Of a stretch of DNA of 64,000 nt, positions 62,097-64,000 are shown piece by piece. The position numbers and the translations under genes are program-made. How positions within the stretch are numbered: position 1 is the first letter of the stretch; each line of letters starts with the position of its first letter. Source of the DNA: Antedon mediterranea (Eukaryota; Animalia; Echinodermata); the NCBI RefSeq assembly GCF_964355755.1, contig NC_092676.1:30088871-30152870 (forward strand), in the 5' to 3' direction. The notes under the pieces are model-generated. The model saw only the letters and a program-made list of their open reading frames with translations, did no database searches and had not been told where the DNA came from.

Positions 62097-62929
62097 AAGA
62101 TAGATGATGATGCGGCTGTTTTTTACAAAACTATAATGTGTAAATTAAGTTATTATTTTTATACCATGATGTTATATATTACATTGATTATGGGACCTTA
62201 AGTACGAAAATCTAATAGAAAGAGATAACATTATAGATTTTATTGAATCATTAAATGAGTTTGTAACTAAAGCTCTGTCTACACCATCAAACTTTATGTG
62301 ACAAAAAAATGTAATGTGCCCATATATGGACATGGTGATGTCATATCACTACCATATTTGTGTACATCACACTATATTTTGTGTAGTGTCGACAGAGCTT
62401 AAGATATACAGTAATACAGTACATGATATTTATTAACAAATCAAAATATATACTTTTTAGAGACTATGTATATGTTAAGGAAATGTTTACTTTAAGTTAC
62501 AAACCAATGTATAAAATATTGTAATTTTTGTGTAGTATTGCATTGTTGTATTGAGCTGCACTAAATAAATCAATGGCTAATAATAATAATATTTATTTGT
62601 TTATAAGCATATTTCAATAACTATTTCCATAATTACATAGTTAAGCACTAACATTGTGTAAGTAAAATAATGTTGGTTGTTAATGGAGTTATACCTCCAT
62701 GGTTGGTTGAATAAGAGATATATATTATCTATATACTGTATGTCTCTGGTTAGTTGTATGGTATATTGCTACATCTTGTTGAGTGGTTTTAGACCGAGTA
62801 CTTTCATACCGGTACTAAGAATGTCCTGAGAATGGTTGAAGAGGAGCAACCTAGCCTGTAAAAGAAAATTATAGAAAAATCATGTTTATGGAAACAATGA
62901 TCACGAATAATATAAGTAGTTCTTTGATA

Positions 62930-64000
62930 GTAAACCAATAAAACTTACGTTGGCAAGACAGTTTCGTCTAGCTGTCAGCTTGACTTCTTCAGTTGCTATG
63001 ATGCGTTATGGCGCCGATTGGTCTCCTTTCCAGCCACTAGATGATTTTGTTGTGTAGCCTAGGGGACCAGTCGTCGTCAGAAGCTGATCGTAAATGTGAG
63101 ATAGTTGGTGCGCGCCTTCGTCTCTATTCATCTTTGTATTTTTATTTTGCTTTCTTATGCTGATGCTTTCTTTAATTTTACGTTTAAGCCAAACTTGTTC
63201 TTTGTGTAGTACCTCTATCTTATCCCAGTTAGGTATGTGGTTGGTGTGGTCATATGGTCCGTGATTGCTGATTTATGTAAAATGGAGGACGAAACTTTCC
63301 GTGATGCACGCGTCTGCATGTTCTGTGTGTTTTCCTCAACATCTTTCTTGTGCTCTTTAATTCTGGTTTTGAGTGCCCTACCCGTTTCCCCAATGTACAC
63401 CATCTCACAGTTGGTGCACCCCACTTTGTAGACGACACCACAGGAATCCTCTTTGCATGCTTTATCTTTCGGTCGGACGATTAAGTTTTTAATTTTGTTA
63501 GATGGTTTAAAGTATGTTCGTATGTTATATTTTTTAAATGTTCTCTTGATTTTCTCTGACAGGCCTTGAATATATGGGATGGATATCGACCCTCTTATAT
63601 CTTCTGTTTCGGGTTGTTTGTCCGTTTTTTGTTTTTCTAGGTTACGTTGTACCTTTCTAATCGTCCATGTAGGGTAGTTGCATTGTTTAAGTGAAGTATG
63701 TATCATCTCAGTTTCGTTCTGTTTGTCTGGATTATTTGTGATTATCGTGTTACATCTGTGTAGAAGTGTGCGGATAACGGATAACTTGTGTTGTAGAGGA
63801 TGATGTGAGTTAAAGTCCAAGTATTGATTTGTGTGGGTGGCTTTCCTAAAAACTTTAGTGTTGATGTTGCCTTCCCCATCAACTAAAATTAGCGTATCCA
63901 AGAATGGGATAGAGTTGTCTGTTAAGGACATTTCTTCGCAAGTGAAATTAATGTCATCATCGATTTTGTTTAAGTGTTGTAATAATGGTTGTGTCGCATC
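62930..64000 (-). mobile_element. Penelope-like retroelement, copy 2 (RT C-terminus + GIY-YIG, frameshifted near 63215; continues beyond the window)
   Basis: IPFLD, FRKATHTNQYL, GVVYKVGCTNC..YIGETGR..RIKEH; related to the element at 9050. Confidence 0.93.
62957..62992 (-). ncRNA. Minimal hammerhead ribozyme motif in Penelope copy 2
   Basis: Minus strand CTGAAGA-AGTC-AAGCT-GAC-AGCT-AGAC-GAAAC-TGTC, followed by GTAAGT. Confidence 0.7.

Overview
Eukaryotic, AT-rich, intron-rich animal DNA with GT-AG introns. The SRCR/C-type-lectin/EGF/adhesion-GPCR gene content and the repeat landscape suggest a marine invertebrate deuterostome such as an echinoderm; this is inference. Five protein-coding genes were reconstructed by hand from splice sites and phases. 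(1) The 3' half of an adhesion GPCR (GAIN/GPS + 7TM, +, up to 4437). (2) Its tandem paralog, complete, with a signal-SRCR-CTL-CTL-FA58C-EGF-mucin-GAIN-7TM architecture (8265-26578, +) and a 1-nt frameshift in the mucin exon. (3) A large Sfi1-type Trp-repeat protein gene (28666-52361, +). (4) SZRD1 (53696-54863, -). (5) A secreted SRCR-4xEGF-PAN protein (56033-61276, +). Mobile DNA includes two Penelope-like retroelements with hammerhead-ribozyme-like motifs, an RTE LINE nested in a Tx1/L1 LINE, a 5S-derived SINE, Helentron-like HINEs (one carrying a tRNA-like ATC cassette), a TTAA Kolobok-like transposon with a 3.2-kb internal duplication that includes host exon sequence, an 833-bp foldback element, several MITE families and many minisatellites. 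The most notable signals are the lectin/scavenger-type adhesion GPCR cluster, recurrent tandem duplication of splice sites, and the transposon capture of host exon sequence. Exon coordinates were read by eye and may be off by a few bases.
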